Source: Macrostomum hystrix | Lineage: Eukaryota > Animalia > Platyhelminthes | DNA: 64,000 nt | Direction of reading: 5' to 3' | NCBI GenBank assembly: GCA_950097015.1 | Contig: CATNEN010000003.1 | Coordinates: forward strand, 3,162,001 to 3,226,000 | Shown: in pieces, positions 62,488-64,000 of the stretch | Position numbering within the stretch: position 1 is the first letter of the stretch | How the letters are laid out: each line of letters opens with the position of its first letter | Notes under the pieces: generated by a model | What the model saw: only the letters and a program-made list of their open reading frames with translations | What the model was told of the DNA's origin: nothing | Databases searched by the model: none | Program-made: the position numbers and the translations under genes

Positions 62488-63300
62488 ATGTTGCCTTTGT
62501 TGTCTGCGATAATACTCGCAGTGTTGACAAGTAATTCGATGCTTGCTCTAGCTGAGCAATGCAACTATCAACCACCTGTTCGCTTCCACCCTATAGCAAC
62601 TAGTTCATGCATCGACAGTCGATACCAGCAGGCGCTGCTGAATATTCAGTCGGCCGCAGAGTGCGCAATGACCTGCTCTAAGAATGTCAAATGCCAAGCT
62701 TGGACAGTCAGGAATGCGTCAACAGGAAGCCTTGGTAGTCCAGGTTGCATCATATTTGTCTTTGACAAATGCAGCCGATCCGTGAGGCTGTGTAATTGTA
62801 CCCAGCCAAGTCCGATAACGGTGTTTGTGCGGCAACAGGCGGACCTACCTCCTGGCAAGCTCTGTCCCATAGACTATTTGTCACCTGGTGCCACACAGCC
62901 CAACCTCTGTTATCTGCGGCATCAACTGTACGGCATTGCTCCGGGTATTTGGAAAGTCGGTGAGAATAAGTGCAACTCGGAGCCGGGTCTAGTCACAATG
63001 GCCGATTTGTCGAGCGCAGACGAGCTGAGCTACGTTGCCTCGTTAGGATCCGATGGTGCGTATTTTTTCTTGTCCGGCGTTCAGAACGCTGGCAGTCCTG
63101 AACCGGGGCGAGACAATTTCACCTGGGCCAGCTGCGGCGGAGCGGTCCAGGCCGCCTTCTGGTACGAGTCTCAGCCAAATAATTTCCAACCAAATGAGAA
63201 CTTCACAGCCGTGCAAAAGTCTATGATGGGAATATTCGATGTTCCTGGGGAGTCCAGCGACGTGAATGGCGTTCTGTGCAAGTGCATCTCGCCGTTTTAG
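62488..63300 (+). CDS. Secreted PAN/apple + C-type lectin domain protein, intronless
   Basis: Signal peptide MLPLLSAIILAVLTSNSMLALA; PAN-like SAAECAMTCSKNVKCQAW; CTLD motifs CP..Y, CY, C...MADL, FFLSG, FTW, FWYESQPNN, FDV, LC. TATAAAA at about 62404 with an upstream ATTGG. Confidence 0.8.
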   Translation: MLPLLSAIILAVLTSNSMLALAEQCNYQPPVRFHPIATSSCIDSRYQQALLNIQSAAECAMTCSKNVKCQAWTVRNASTGSLGSPGCIIFVFDKCSRSVRLCNCTQPSPITVFVRQQADLPPGKLCPIDYLSPGATQPNLCYLRHQLYGIAPGIWKVGENKCNSEPGLVTMADLSSADELSYVASLGSDGAYFFLSGVQNAGSPEPGRDNFTWASCGGAVQAAFWYESQPNNFQPNENFTAVQKSMMGIFDVPGESSDVNGVLCKCISPF

Positions 63301-63574
63301 TTTGTCAGATGGGTTTCTTAATTAATTTTGTTTACTGCTAAAGTTTCCGTAATTGTGGCACAGAAAGTAAGCAATTGAAATATGCGAACTCGTACTGAAA
63401 TTATATTTCTATTTTTAAAACGTATAATAAAAAATTAAATTTATAATTAATAAAACTAATTACTTACAAATCAATTAAAATTAATTATAAGTATTATTAT
63501 GAAAATATTATTAAAAAATAAATAAATGAACGTTTTTAAAAGCCTTACATTTTTTAAATTACAACTTTCAAGGG

Positions 63575-64000
63575 CTCACTGCCTTACCTGTTACCTCACT
63601 GCCTTACCTGTTACCTCACTGCCTTACCTGTTACCTCACTGCCTTACCCGTTACCTCACTGCCTTACCTGTAGCTTCACTGCCTTACCTGTTACCTCACT
63701 GCCTTACCTGTAGCTTCACTGCCTTACCTGTTACCTCACTGCCTTACCTGTTACCTCACTGCCTTACCTGTTACCTCACTGCCTTACCTGTTACCTCACT
63801 GCCTTACCTGTAGCTTCACTGCCTTACCTGTTACCTCACTGCCTTACCTGTTACCTCACTGCCTTATCTGTTACCTCACTGCCTTACCTATTACCTCACT
63901 GCCTTACCTGTTACCTCACTGCCTTACCCGTTACCTCACTGCCTTACCTGTAGCTTCACTGCCTTACCTGTTACCTCACTGCCTTACCTGTTACCTCACT
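63575..64000. repeat. 20-bp minisatellite (GCCTTACCTGTTACCTCACT)n, runs off the window
   Basis: At least 21 near-perfect copies. Confidence 0.95.

Overview
Eukaryotic (metazoan) genomic DNA: AT-rich introns and intergenic DNA, GC-rich exons, GT-AG introns and many minisatellites. It looks like a free-living flatworm such as Macrostomum, but that is inference only. Genes assembled by hand, left to right: first coding exon of an AGAP/centaurin-gamma gene (-); an intronless divergent MTCH/SLC25-like carrier (-); NMNAT (-, 4-5 coding exons); an 11-exon LRRC74A-like LRR + EF-hand gene (-) that carries, antisense in one intron, a complete ankyrin-repeat/TRPM-like channel gene (+); two tandem Cys-rich caveolins (+), one with a GC-AG intron and an upstream cluster of RFX X-box motifs; tRNA-Glu(CTC) (-); an alpha-tubulin with Arg at residue 40 (-); a frameshifted Mab-21/cGAS-like gene (+); a 4-RRM protein (+); and a secreted PAN + C-type lectin (+). 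Mobile DNA: a very young non-autonomous LTR element (identical 473-bp LTRs, TG..TA ends, 5-bp TSD, PBS matching tRNA-Glu), two tRNA-derived SINE families (one CORE-like), a MITE with a 9-bp TSD, Gypsy and LINE remnants, and a long foldback. No prokaryote-type system such as CRISPR is supported. All exon models come from splice signals and reading frame only and need RNA-seq confirmation.
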